Source: Eledone cirrhosa
Taxonomy: Eukaryota
DNA length: 64,000 bases
Direction of reading: 5' to 3'
NCBI GenBank assembly: GCA_964016885.1
Contig: OZ024747.1
Span: 66,092,001-66,156,000 of the forward strand
The position numbers were made by a program, and so were the translations under genes. The first letter of the stretch is position 1; each line of letters begins with the position of its first letter. Positions 12,706-24,709 of this stretch are shown in pieces. The notes beneath the pieces were generated by a model, which was given only the letters and a program-made list of their open reading frames with translations, was not told where the DNA came from and ran no database searches.

Positions 12706-12878
12706 TTGTCCTATTCGTTAGGGTCACGTTCCCAGAGCACCCTCGAAGAGTGAAAAACCGCGAATATTGGACGCGGTCCATAAAAATGCCTGTAAACGTA
12801 AAAATATAACGTAAAATATAATAAAAAATAGGGAGGGTCTTATGCGAAGGGGCGTCTAATAGGCCAGCAAATACGGTA
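12703..12878. mobile_element. Possible Tc1/mariner-superfamily (pogo/Tigger-like) terminal remnants
   Basis: TA|CAGTTGTCC..TATTCG start and ...AAATACGG|TA end resemble TIR starts of two different TA-targeting families; they are not mutually inverted. Confidence 0.3.
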
Positions 12879-13377
12879 TATTGTTATTAATAATTCAGCG
12901 TTTAAAAAAAAAATATATATATATAGTGTGTGTGTATGTATTTGTGTGTGAGTGTATGTGTAAGTATACATCTATATTCTACAGGAGTGTTAGTGCTGCT
13001 ATGCAATTGCACACCCTGCCTGGTTTTCTATTTGATCACTGGTTTACTGTTCTTTGAACGAACCTAAATCATTCTACCGAAAAATGATATCATATTTTTC
13101 ATACTCCAGGTAGCAGCCAAATGATAGTATCGGTAGCGGCCGGATATATCAGTTGATTACTGGGGTTGAGTGTACAAGTTGACATTTGCATTCAGGATAG
13201 ATGAGGTAAAATACCTGTTATATATTGAGGTCGATATTCTACTTACCAAATAACTGTCCCTCTGCCCATTTTAGAAATGAATATTATGTTTGCTTTATAC
13301 TTCCTGGGGCGACAGTACCAGTTGACTACTACTACTACTACTAATAATAATAATATATATATATATATATAAAACAA

Positions 13378-13859
13378 TGGAATTGTGGTAAGGAACCAGA
13401 TGAACCATAACGCACCAGAGTACTCAATACTTAGGGTAGTAGAGTGGGAAATAGGAAAAAGTATGACACCGACGGCAGATTTCAAGCCGTTTCGACGGCT
13501 ATTTCTGGACTAAATTAGAATTTTTAGCCTGGTGAATAAATAGCCGAACTTGTCAAGGGGGTACTTCCTTATATGGGAAGATTGTCGTTGGTTAAAATTT
13601 GTTGTAAACACAAATAAGTCTATTATGGCATTTGGTGGTGGGTAGGGGTGGCTGAACTTGCCTGTAGAACAATAGGGGAGTGAGTGGAGCGGTCAAGCGT
13701 TGAAAGCGATATGTATACAGCAGATTCTAAGGATAGTGTATGAAGTGGAGGAGGGTGGTTATAGAATAGGTAAATTTATTCACCAGGCTAAAAATTCTAA
13801 TTTAGTCCAGAAATAGCCGTCGAAACGGCTTGAGCTCTGCCATCGGGGTCATACTTTTT

Positions 13860-13862
<3 letters not shown>
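13378..13862. mobile_element. Longest P1 copy, containing the complete hammerhead H5
   Basis: Arm 13378-13541, unique spacer, inverted arm 13774-13862; TA-flanked. Confidence 0.75.
13459..13566 (-). ncRNA. Hammerhead H5 with U3-A8 core
   Basis: Minus strand: AAGTAcCCCC-TTGACAA-GttCGGCTATTT...AAATAGCCGtC-GAAA-CGGC ttgaaatct GCCG-TC-GGtG tcaTACTT. The 9955, 11835 and 13800 arms have GGGG after the cleavage site. Confidence 0.7.
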
Positions 13863-13915
<53 letters not shown>

Positions 13916-14007
13916 AGGCAAGCAGAAGAAAGTAAGATATCGTGTTAAAAATGTATATACGCACACACACACGCACTCACACACACATGCACGCACGCTC
14001 GCACACA

Positions 14008-14172
<165 letters not shown>

Positions 14173-14390
14173 GGGAAGGGGAGTGAAAAGATGATGAATA
14201 AAGAGGAACAGAAAATAGGGTTTAGGGAACTACTAATACATGGTGAATCATTTGTGGCGTTCGACCTACCGTGTCGATATATTGACCAGTGACATATCGA
14301 TAAGTGCCCAGTGTATTATATAAATTATATCGATTTCTCTCGGGCCACAAATTGTTGTTTGGTCGAATCTATCATACATACATACATACA

Positions 14391-14469
<79 letters not shown>

Positions 14470-14548
14470 GAATATATGATAGGGATAAACACTGATACGA
14501 GTATACTTTAATTGTAAAAGACTATTTGAATTTATAACTCTATATATA

Positions 14549-14655
<107 letters not shown>

Positions 14656-15029
14656 GTGTGTGCATGTGTGTGTTTTAATTACTTTAGATGTGAACCTTGG
14701 GTTAGTTCGAAATTGCTAGAAAGAAAGAAAAAATAGATAGAAACAGCTAAACAATGAAATTGGTGGAGAAAGAGTGTCAGATAAAGGATGGAGGAGTGAA
14801 TATTGCATGATACAAAAAGTGGAATAAAATGAAAACAAACATGGCTACCGACACAAGGGAAATAAAAATACATATATAAAATGATATATAACATTTTAAA
14901 ATGTCCAAAGGTGCGAAATTCAAGGAGAAGCCTGATAAATCATTATATGATGTATTGGAGAAGAAAACTGAAGACAACTGAATAGAATGTAATGGTCTTT
15001 CATCTGTTTCGACAATGAATGTAGTTACA

Positions 15030-15195
15030 CTTGCCTCTATTCATTGTATACTGATTGTATAGTCTGTAGTTGGTGCTGCTTCTACTCTCAATTCATTGTA
15101 GAGCGATTGTATAACCTGTAATTGGTTTTAGCCTCTGCCTTCATTGTATACCGGTTGTACAGCCTGTATTTAGTGTTAGTGTCTGCTTTCATTAT
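15030..15195. repeat. Degenerate ~50 bp tandem repeat
   Basis: Recurrent ttcattgtata..g.ttgta.a.cctgta.tt.gt unit. Confidence 0.5.
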
Positions 15196-15203
15196 TTCAT
15201 GGA

Positions 15204-15686
15204 TTGGCAGTATCGATAGAGGGTCGGACGCCATGTTTTGTAGCATAGAGTTGTGGTCCTTTTTCGGCCTGAGTTTAAATCTCGCCGAGGTTAACTTTGT
15301 CTTTCATCATTACGGGGTCGATAAAATAAAGTACCAGTCACACACTGGAGTCGATATAATCGACTTTCCTTTCCTTCCAAATTCCTTTCCCTCCATAATT
15401 TTCAAAAGTTACGCTTATGTTCGGTCACTATATTCACTGCAGTTTTTATAACATATTTTGTTTGGTCACTGTGTGTCCACAGCATTATTATCATTCAGTA
15501 TCGGTAGAGCGTCAGACACCATACTTTACAGCATAGAGTTATGGCCCTTTACGGCTTGAGTTCAAATCCCGCTGAGGTTAGCTTTGTCTTTCATCCTTAC
15601 GGAGTCGATAAAATAATGCACCAGTAATGTACTGGGGTCGATTTAATCGACTTTCCACTCTCTCCAAATTACTGGCCTTGTGCCTA
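15204..15686 (+). mobile_element. Two SINE S1 copies (15204-15380 and 15497-15686)
   Basis: A/B boxes and S1 body in both; the second shares 5' flank with the copy at 1519. Confidence 0.75.
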
Positions 15687-16093
15687 GTAATTATGCATTT
15701 GTTGGTAGTCAATATCAGTCCTTCCTCTGTAGTTAAAATAGGACTTTCCTAGTTTTGCTTTTATGCCATAACCTTTGGGCTAAAGTTAACTTTTACTCTG
15801 GCTTACTTCCTCTGTGTCAACTCTTACTGAGTATCGGTCATAAGGTGAATGTTTTCTCACAGCATTTTCTTTTTTTAATATATTTTGGAATTCCATTTTT
15901 AGTTCGTCTTTGTTATTGTTTAAAACAGTTTTGTAATTTATGTCTTAATTATTATCTCTATTCAGGTTTTGTTCATACTTTGTTGTTTGTTGGACGCAGC
16001 CATTGCGTTTATATAAACTCTACATAACTATGTCTTCTTTGTTGTTTTCCTATATATTTCTCCTTTATACTGTCATCAATTGCTGTTAGTTTA

Positions 16094-16094
<1 letters not shown>

Positions 16095-16138
<44 letters not shown>

Positions 16139-16219
16139 CTTCTTCTTCTTCTTCTTCTTCTTCTTCTTCTTCTTCTTTTTCTTCTTCTTCTTCTTCTTCT
16201 TCTTCTTCTTCTTCTTCTT

Positions 16220-16291
<72 letters not shown>
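16095..16291. repeat. Compound microsatellite (GTT)n(CTT)n(ATT)n
   Basis: Directly visible. Confidence 0.95.
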
Positions 16292-17343
16292 GTTATTCCT
16301 TGAATCTCAGTCATTGATGTTGGTTAACTGGAAAGTCCGTTGGATTGAATATCAAGCCACTACCTGCAGCCTCAGATATTCAGGACGTATCGGAGGGTTC
16401 TTGCTGTTCCAAGCAAGCATGCCTTTTGAAGCGTTCCAAAAAGCGTGAAGGGGCCGATTTTCTTTAACCATCCCTGGAAACTTTTGGAGATAGTCCCCAG
16501 TGCGCCTATGACAATCGGAATCACTTTGACTTCATGGCAGTTGCAAATCCTTTTCACCTCCCACTTTAGGTCCTGGTATCGGTTAATTTTCTCCCTCTCC
16601 TTCTCTTGCACTCTCGTGTCGAACGGGCAGGCCACATCCACAATCAGACACGATCTTTTTTCTTTGTCCACAACCACCAGGTCAGGTCTATTGTGTTCCA
16701 GTTTTTTGTCCGTCTGTATCCTAAAATCCCACAGCACCTTCACCTGATTGTTCTCCATCACCGCCTCTGGCCTATGCTCATACCATTTCTCAGAATGTGG
16801 TAAATTGTTTACTTTGCACAGGTGCCAGTGGATCACCCTGCCCATCACATCGTGTCTCCAGCCCTTATAGTGGGTCTGGGCTAGGTGTTTACACTCGGAC
16901 ACAATGTGAGCCACAGTCTCCTCTCTCTCTCCACAGATCCTGCACAGTGGGCTAGCCTCCTCCTTGTAGATATGGTGCTTCAACCACTTCGTTTTGAGGG
17001 CCTGCTCCTGCGCAGCCATTAGCATTCCTTCTGTAGCCTTTTTGAGGTCTCCTCTTCTCAACCAGTTCCATGTCTGTGGATCTCTAAATTCAGTTTTCTC
17101 AAAGAAGGTACTATGAAGGGATTTTCCCTTAAGGCTGCTCTTCCTCCTTGATGTTATTTCCTCCTTGGACATCCCCTGGCCTACTGTCCCCTCCTTCAGT
17201 ACAGCTCTGAGCATTGGCTCCTTACTATAGGTCACGTATTTGTATAGGTTGTCTTTCTCCATCTGAACACAGTCCTCTATGCTGATAAGACCTCTTCCAC
17301 CCTCAGATCTCCTTAGGTAGAGTCTATCGACATCACTCCTCTT
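16291..17343 (-). mobile_element. R4/Dong-like non-LTR family A, 5'-truncated
   Basis: ORF 16372-17262 has CRICGEREETVAHIVSEC, RHD and RPDLVVVD..DVACP (RLE domain); (TTA)n on both sides. Confidence 0.9.
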
Positions 17344-17360
17344 ATTATTATTATTATTAT

Positions 17361-18366
17361 TTGCATTTATCTTGCTTTATGTTTATACGAGTTATCACCA
17401 AGTCACAACCAGTGACCTCAAGAGACAACAAGGTCCGCCATGTTCAAGAAAGAACATACATATTCACACATGCATCCTTAGTGTTTAGACTTGTGATGTA
17501 CTTATATTGACAGGATCTTCCTTAGTATATGGGCAGTTCCCATTAGTACTATCTTTTGTATTTCTCCTATACGCGGGTTTCCTGGGATTTGCGATAAGTA
17601 GTCGTTAGACCCCTTAGGTATCATTCCCAGAGCGCCTACAACCACTGGTATTGTTTTAGTTCTCAATTTCCACATTTTTCCAATTTCTATCTCCAGGTCG
17701 TTATACTTGCTCAATTTTTCAAATGTTTTTATAGATACATTCTTGTCTATTGGAACAGACATATCAATTAGCAGGCATACCCTCTTTTGAAAGTCCTTCA
17801 ATATTATATCAGGTCTATTTGCATCTATTTTTCGGTCTGTTTGGATGCTAAAGTTCCACAAGATTGAGATGTGATCTTTTTCAAGTATGGGAGGTGGTTG
17901 ATGCTCCCACCAATTCTTTTGATGGGGCAGGTCAAAATGCTTAGAGATTATCCAATGTATGTATTGTGCAGCTCTGTCATGCCTGTTTAGGTATTCGGTT
18001 GGAGCTATAGAACTGCACATTGAAATTATATGGTCAATGGTCTCTGGTTGTTTTTTGCATACTCGTCATAATGGGCTGCACCCATTTTTTATTATGTTGG
18101 CTTGGTAATTTTTTGTTGGCAGACACTGATCTTGTGCCGATATAATCAGTCCTTCAGTCTCCGATTTCAGTCCAGAGGATGCCAACCACTGATGGGTTAA
18201 AGTTTTGTCAACATCAGGATTGTTAGCTCGCTCTGGGTATTTTCCATACAGAGGCTTTTCTTGCCATTTCTTAGCCAGTTTCTCTAGCAGTTCTTTCTTT
18301 GCAGTTACTTTTACCTGCTTTGCTTTTTCTGTGTTTTCCATTTCAGCAGTAAATGGGACTTCTGAA

Positions 18367-18369
<3 letters not shown>
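17361..18369 (-). mobile_element. R4/Dong-like family B, 5'-truncated
   Basis: RHD, RPDIILKD..IDMSVP and KY.DL motifs; in-frame stop at the zinc knuckle; (TTA)n-flanked. Confidence 0.9.
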
Positions 18370-18460
<91 letters not shown>

Positions 18461-18461
<1 letters not shown>

Positions 18462-18700
18462 AGTTGCATTTATCTTGCTTTATGTTCATACGAGTTATCA
18501 CCAAGTCACAACCAGTGACCTCAAGACACAACAAGGTCCGCCATGTTCAAGGAAGAACATACATACTCACACATGCATCTTTAGTGTTTAGACTTGTGAT
18601 GCACTTATATTGACAGAATCTTCCTTAGTATATGGGCAGTTCCCATTAGTACTATCTTTTGTATTTCTCCTATACGCGGGTTTCCTGGGATCTGCGATAA

Positions 18701-18746
<46 letters not shown>

Positions 18747-19001
18747 TTATTATTATTATTACAGTTGCATTTATCTTGCTTTATGTTCATACGAGTTATC
18801 ACCAAGTCACAACCAGTGACCTCAAGAGACAACAAGGTCCGCCATGTTCAAGAAAGAACATACATATTCACACATGCATCTTTAGTGTTTAGACTTGTGA
18901 TATACTTATATTGACAGAATCTTCCTTAGTATATGGGCAGTTCCCATTAGTACTATCTTTTGTATTTCTCCTATACGCGGGTTTCCTGGGATCTGCGATA
19001 A

Positions 19002-19003
<2 letters not shown>
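18461..19003 (-). mobile_element. Two 242-bp 3'-end copies of family B (18461-18702, 18762-19003)
   Basis: 3' UTR plus the last ~30 codons; same truncation point; separated by (TTA)n. Confidence 0.9.
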
Positions 19004-19055
<52 letters not shown>

Positions 19056-19263
19056 GGCGACCTACGTAGTAAATCGTATCATCGTGAGCTCCGCAAAGGT
19101 TTGTTATTTCCGTTTGTTAAAAATTGCCATTTATGGAAAATTTTTATTGTTAACCATATATAAGCGCACATATATTGTTTTCCGAAAAGGACACCCAAAA
19201 AGATTGGGGCCTTGTGCCCAAAATTTAAACCTTTATTATTATCAAAAATTTCTTTGAAAAAAA

Positions 19264-21251
19264 ATGGCTAATTCACCTCTGCACCAAGCAGCTGAAAGCC
19301 TTCCTCACAAATTAACACCTCACACCGACACCACCATTGTAAATGTTAATACGTTTGCCAAAACAAAAAAAATATAAGCAGTAGCAATATCTTGAATTTG
19401 TCTCAGGCAGACATTCATTTCCCGCCATTACCAATGACTGCAGGTGTTAAAGTCTCCACCACCACCACCACCGCGACAACTCCCCCCCCCACCACCGCGA
19501 CAACAGAAACAAAAGAAGAAAAAAATAAATTAACTCGTGATGTCGAAATGAAATCAAGCAAAATGGACTCTTCCCCACCAAAGACGACTGACATCACCAC
19601 CACCACAACTGAAACTAAAATTAATATTAACACAAATAACGATAGCAACAACAACAACAATGACATTATAAAACCGACCCTCAGTTTCGCCAGAGTAGCA
19701 AAACAGTTCGAAGCATTTACGGTAACTCAGGAGAATTTAGAAAATGCCAAACAAATGGTAAAGAAAGATGGGTACAGGGTCAGCCTCACCCCCCCACCTA
19801 ATAAAATGGAGCATCGGCGCCTATGCACCGTGTCGTATAGAACAATAAATGTAAAATCGCGCCGAGTAGAACGGGCATCCGAGTCCCAAATCCAAAAAGC
19901 TTTGGGACATGTGTGGGCAAGAAAAACCCACATCAGACGTGGGCAAAAGTATGGAAGCGTGGACGTGTTCTTTGAAACACCAGAGGAGGCTAGAGAACAC
20001 TCCATGGCCCCATTAAGAAGTTACGACTTCACACTCGTCCCAAGCTATTGTGGCCAGAGACTCGTAAAGATCAGGGTGACCCACGTTCCACCGGCCATCG
20101 AAATTCCCTGGCTAATAGCGGCCGTCCTCGCTGGCATCGAAGCCAACACAAAAATAATAGCAATAGCAAAAGAAAAGCAGGAGAACTGGTCCGGATCTGG
20201 GATGGAGCTCCTGATCCAAGCGGACCAAAAAAGCATTGAGGTGATCCCAGAGGTAATAGACCTCACTGACGGCAGCCACCTCACGGTAATTGTCGAGGGC
20301 AGAAGACCTAGGTGTGTCGTTTGTGGTGAAGGAACCCACCTAAGGGCTTTCTGCCCTCAGGCTAAAAGGTTGAGGCCACCTCTCCTACCCACCTCAGGGA
20401 CACAACCATCAACACCACCAGTAGCAGAGATGGCAGCAACAACTGTAGCAGCAACAACAGAAGCAACTATAACAGCAACAACCCCAGCAACAGTAGCAAA
20501 ACCAACACCACCACCACCACCAGCAAAACCAACACCACCACCACCCAACGCTTCAGAACTAGCACCAGCGCCTACACCATCCACCACGCCACAACCAAAA
20601 CTAACGCCTGTGGAGGATTTTCCACTCCCCGGCCTATCACAACTGGAGACAGATTGTGACGACGAGGAGTGGGAAACGATATCCGGAAAAAAAAAGAAAC
20701 CAAAAAAGAAAAAATTCTCTTCCTTCCCCCTCCAAAAACAAAATACAGAGGGAAACAAATAAATTAAGAAACAAAAAGTTAGGACAGATATACCACCATC
20801 CACACCAGCATCACCAACCCCATCAACCCAAACACCAACACCATCACCATCATTAACCCCAACACCACCATCACCTACACCACAAAAGTCACCAAAATGC
20901 GAAACAGAAACAAACCCACAACAAACGCAAACAAAACAAAACAACCAAAACGATACACACTACACAGCATTACATTTGAACAACAAGCAATTATTACACT
21001 ACATCCAACACAACACCAGCATCACAGAAAAAGACTACACAACAACCCAAAAAATCACACCACCTCCACACATACAAATCACTCGCATCACACAGAAAAC
21101 GTACATGACACTAAAACAAAAATTCCCCAAAGACATCGGAGACTTCCGACAAGCACTCTCCAGGAGGATTTATAAGGACATCCTTCCTGAGGAGGCCACA
21201 AGCAGTGAAAAGGATGGAAAAACCGTCCTTCCCCTACGAGAAGTAAGGTAA
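19264..21251 (+). pseudogene. Tx1 ORF1 (gag-like, CCHC knuckle), interrupted
   Basis: CVVCGEGTHLRAFC knuckle in ORF 19392-20762 with Pro/Thr-rich flanks. A stop at 20760 precedes further coding-like sequence to 21251; the ATG at 19264 as start is inferred. Confidence 0.7.
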
Positions 21252-21285
21252 GTGGTCTTTCCCATCTTTTCCACTCCTTTTCAAC

Positions 21286-24200
21286 ATGACCTCACTCAGA
21301 ATAGGCAGCATAAATGCGCGTGGCTTGGGGTCGTCATGGAAGCAGGGCCACCTGCTCAACGACCTCAGGTCACTAAACATAGATGTAGTGGCCATCAGCG
21401 AGACCAGAATCTCCGAAGCACAGGCTTTCGCACCGATCTTCGGCGGCTACGATGTGTACGCATCTCCCAGCCGTCCGGGATCGGGGGGAGGAGTTGCTGT
21501 GCTTTTTCGGAGAGGTTTGGATCTTGCCATACGGGCCATCTTCCTGGACCCAGAAGGTAAGTTGGTGGTGCTGGACGTGACCAGCGGAGACGGCCAAGCT
21601 TTCAGGTTAGTGGCCGTCTATGCCCCGACAGGAGCAGGGCGGCCTGATTTCTTCCGGCGTCTGGAGACCTTTCTTGGAACTCCCGCTCTTTAGTCTTAGT
21701 GGGCGACTGGAACGGGATCTTAGATGCACGCTGGGATTGTGTGGGATTAGTGGATAGGGAAGGAGGGTGCAAGAGTCTCACCAACCTGCTCAGACGTTTT
21801 GAACTGTCTGACAGGTACCGAATGGATTTCCCGAATGTACCAATGTGGACTTGGACAAATCGCATAGGGTCATCCAGATCATATCTAGATAGAGTATTTT
21901 GTAGGGAAATAGATAGGTCTAGCATAGGCTGTCCACAATTCAAGATAGTCAGCTACACGGACCACAAATTCGTGATCTGTGTGCTTGACTTAGATAGGCT
22001 TCATAGACGAGGACCCGGCTACTGGAAGCTAAACGCGTCCTTACCAGCGCGCAAGGCCTACAGAGACCGAATTAGCGAGCTAGTTAAGCGAGCGTTGACG
22101 GGGGCCATCGTCAACAACAAGTGGTGGTTTGCTCTGAAAAGAGCAATTAGAATAGAGTCCATTAGGTTTAGCAAGACTTTAGCAATAGAGAAAAATAGAG
22201 CAGAGGGAGAATTAGTTAGAAAATTAGATGAGGCGCTTAGCAAAGGCATCGCGACCGACGTACTTGCGGCGAAATTGGCCCTTGACCAATTCTTCAATGC
22301 AAAGCACGAAGGCTGCGTTGTCAGAGCTAGGGTGCGTGCTCTCAGACACGAGGGGACGAAAGCCGTTCAATGGGCCCGAGTGGCGGAGGCGCGTCGTGGC
22401 AACAAAGCCACGATCCGGTCTTTGGTGGACCACGACGGGCGCATGCTACTCGATCCCGGGAAAATGTGTGAAGCTTTTCAGCGACACTTCGCTCAACTGT
22501 TCGGGGGCAGTGGCGGGCCGGATCGAGGGATGGACTTTAGTGTCTACCTCGACGGACTGCCGCGGCTTTCGGCCACTGAGGCGGAGTGTTGCGAAAAGCC
22601 GATAACAACCGCTGAAGTACGGGATGCAATGACTAGTTGCACAAGGGGTAAATCGCTTGGTTTGGATGGTCTGCCCTATGAACTTTACGTACAAATGCCA
22701 AACTTGTTCGGAGGCCTCTTGGCGGACGTCTACTGCAACTGGCAACAGAACGGGAGAATTCCCAGCTCTGTGAGCCGAGGAGCGGTGGCGCTGCTGAGAA
22801 AGGATCCGAACAAGGGGGATAACATAGATAATTTTAGGCCCATAACTCTGCTAAACACAGAGTTCAAGATTTTGGCGAAGGTGCTAGCAAAGAGGTTGGC
22901 GCTTGTCGTTGGTGGTCTGGTGGGAGAGGCACAGACATGCGCCATTCCCGACAGATCCATCCACGACATCTCCACCTCATGCGATACATCGTAGAGAGGG
23001 TAGCTAGGGAACCTGGCACGGGTGGGTCTTTGATCAATTTAGATCAGTCGAAAGCCTTCGATAGGGTCGACCATCGTTACCTAGCGGCAGTCCTGAGGGC
23101 GGCTGGCTTTGGGCCCATCTTCAGAGGCTGGATCGCTGCCATGCACAGCAACATCTGCTCTGTAGTGAGAGTGAACGGTCACCTTTCGGAACCGTTCAAC
23201 AGCGTCGTCGGGCGCTGGACGGACGGACCGGTTAAATTGATAGGGGTCTGGTTCGGTCCAGACCTCCAGACGGACAAAAACTGGGACGAGGTGACGAGCA
23301 GGGTGGCTTCTCTCACCCAGAAATGGGCCGAGAGGAAGCTATCCCTGAAAGGTCGAGCGGAGGTGGCTAACGCGTACATTGCGTCCGTCATCTACTACCG
23401 CCTGACCGTCGTACCTTGTCCTAAGCCCCGCCTGACTGCGCTGGAGCGTTTGCTCTTTCGATTTTTGTGGAAGGGACGCGCTCCGATGGTCAGGCGGTCC
23501 ATCTGCTGTCAACACCCGCTACGTGGAGGGCTGGGCATGCCGTGGCTGATGATGCGCAGACACGCGCTCAGGCTACGACATCTTCACCTCTTCCTCGACG
23601 GTGATCAGGTGTGGTCACCGTTTGCTAGACACGTTTTTCCCCAGCTCGTCTCCTTGACGGAGCTGCAGTCCTGGGTCAAGCGAAGACCGAGAGGGAGCGC
23701 TTGGAGACTGGAATGTCTTCAGGCGCTCACAGCCCTCGACCAATCGGGCAATGTGATCGGTGGAAACTCCACCTTGGCGTTCTATAGGGGATAAGTGGAG
23801 GGGAAGAGCGACGACGTACTTGGAGAAACTCTAGGCGTCGACGAAAATCAACTAGCCAATCTCTTCGGAAGGACTTTCGGGCCGGGGCCTATGGACAACT
23901 TCCAGAAATCCCTGGCCTGGCAGTGCTCCCGGGGTGCTTTGCCAGTTCGGGATAAACTTTACAGGCATGGAGGTGCCGTCAGCCGGGCATGTCCGAGATG
24001 CGCACAGGGCGACGAAACCGTCCTGCACGCACTCGTCCAGTCTCCGAGCATTGCTGACTTGTGGGTTTATGTCGAACACCTGCTGTCACGTGTAGGACGG
24101 ATCCAGCTATCAGCTGAGTCCATCGTGAGGATTGCCCTGCCCTCTTCCTTTAGCCGGGAAGGGCAGGCAGTTTTTATCTGTCTGGTGGCCATGGCGAAAG

Positions 24201-24406
24201 AGATAGTATGGTGGACACGTTTGAAAGGGCTGAAGACGAGCACTTACCTCTTCGGTGATGCCCTGATTAACTTTTTCAAATTTCATCTGAAAAGTAAAAT
24301 CAGGGTAGAGAGGGAAGTGCTCTCTTCCCAGCATTTTGTTGAAAGATGGGTGAGAGAAGCAAGTATGGCCCGAATGAATGGGCCTTCTCTGAGTATGTGT
24401 CTGTAA
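21286..24406 (+). pseudogene. Tx1 ORF2 (APE-RT-zinc domain) with stops, a frameshift and an RT-core deletion
   Basis: SINARGL, SET, GDWN, YLDRVF, TDHK; FRPITLLNTEFKILAK, LDQSKAFDRVDH; CPRC..ETVLHAL. QGCPLS and YADD are missing at ~23198. Confidence 0.88.
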
Positions 24407-24649
24407 ATTAAAGGTGGAAAACTGGGAGAGGGCACTTGCCCTGGTGGTCAGGGCCACTGTGGTCTTTTAATGGGCTTTCTCCACAAATGTCCCTCGGAAG
24501 TCTCTCCCCTATTGGGGAATTTTTCTTTGTTATTTTATTTCATCCTCTGTTTTTTTTACACGCAGAAATGCCCATTTGTACCGTCCTGTATTGTCCTGTA
24601 CTGTCCTTAATGTCTACTTTATGTAAACCCTTGTGGTTAATAAAGAAAA

Positions 24650-24708
<59 letters not shown>

Positions 24709-24709
<1 letters not shown>

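Larger units (their letters stand above)
19056..24650 (+). mobile_element. Tx1/L1-clade LINE, full extent but degenerate
   Basis: Gag-like ORF1, ORF2 with APE endonuclease, RT and C-terminal zinc motif; AATAAA near the 3' end; (TTA)n on both sides. Confidence 0.88.
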
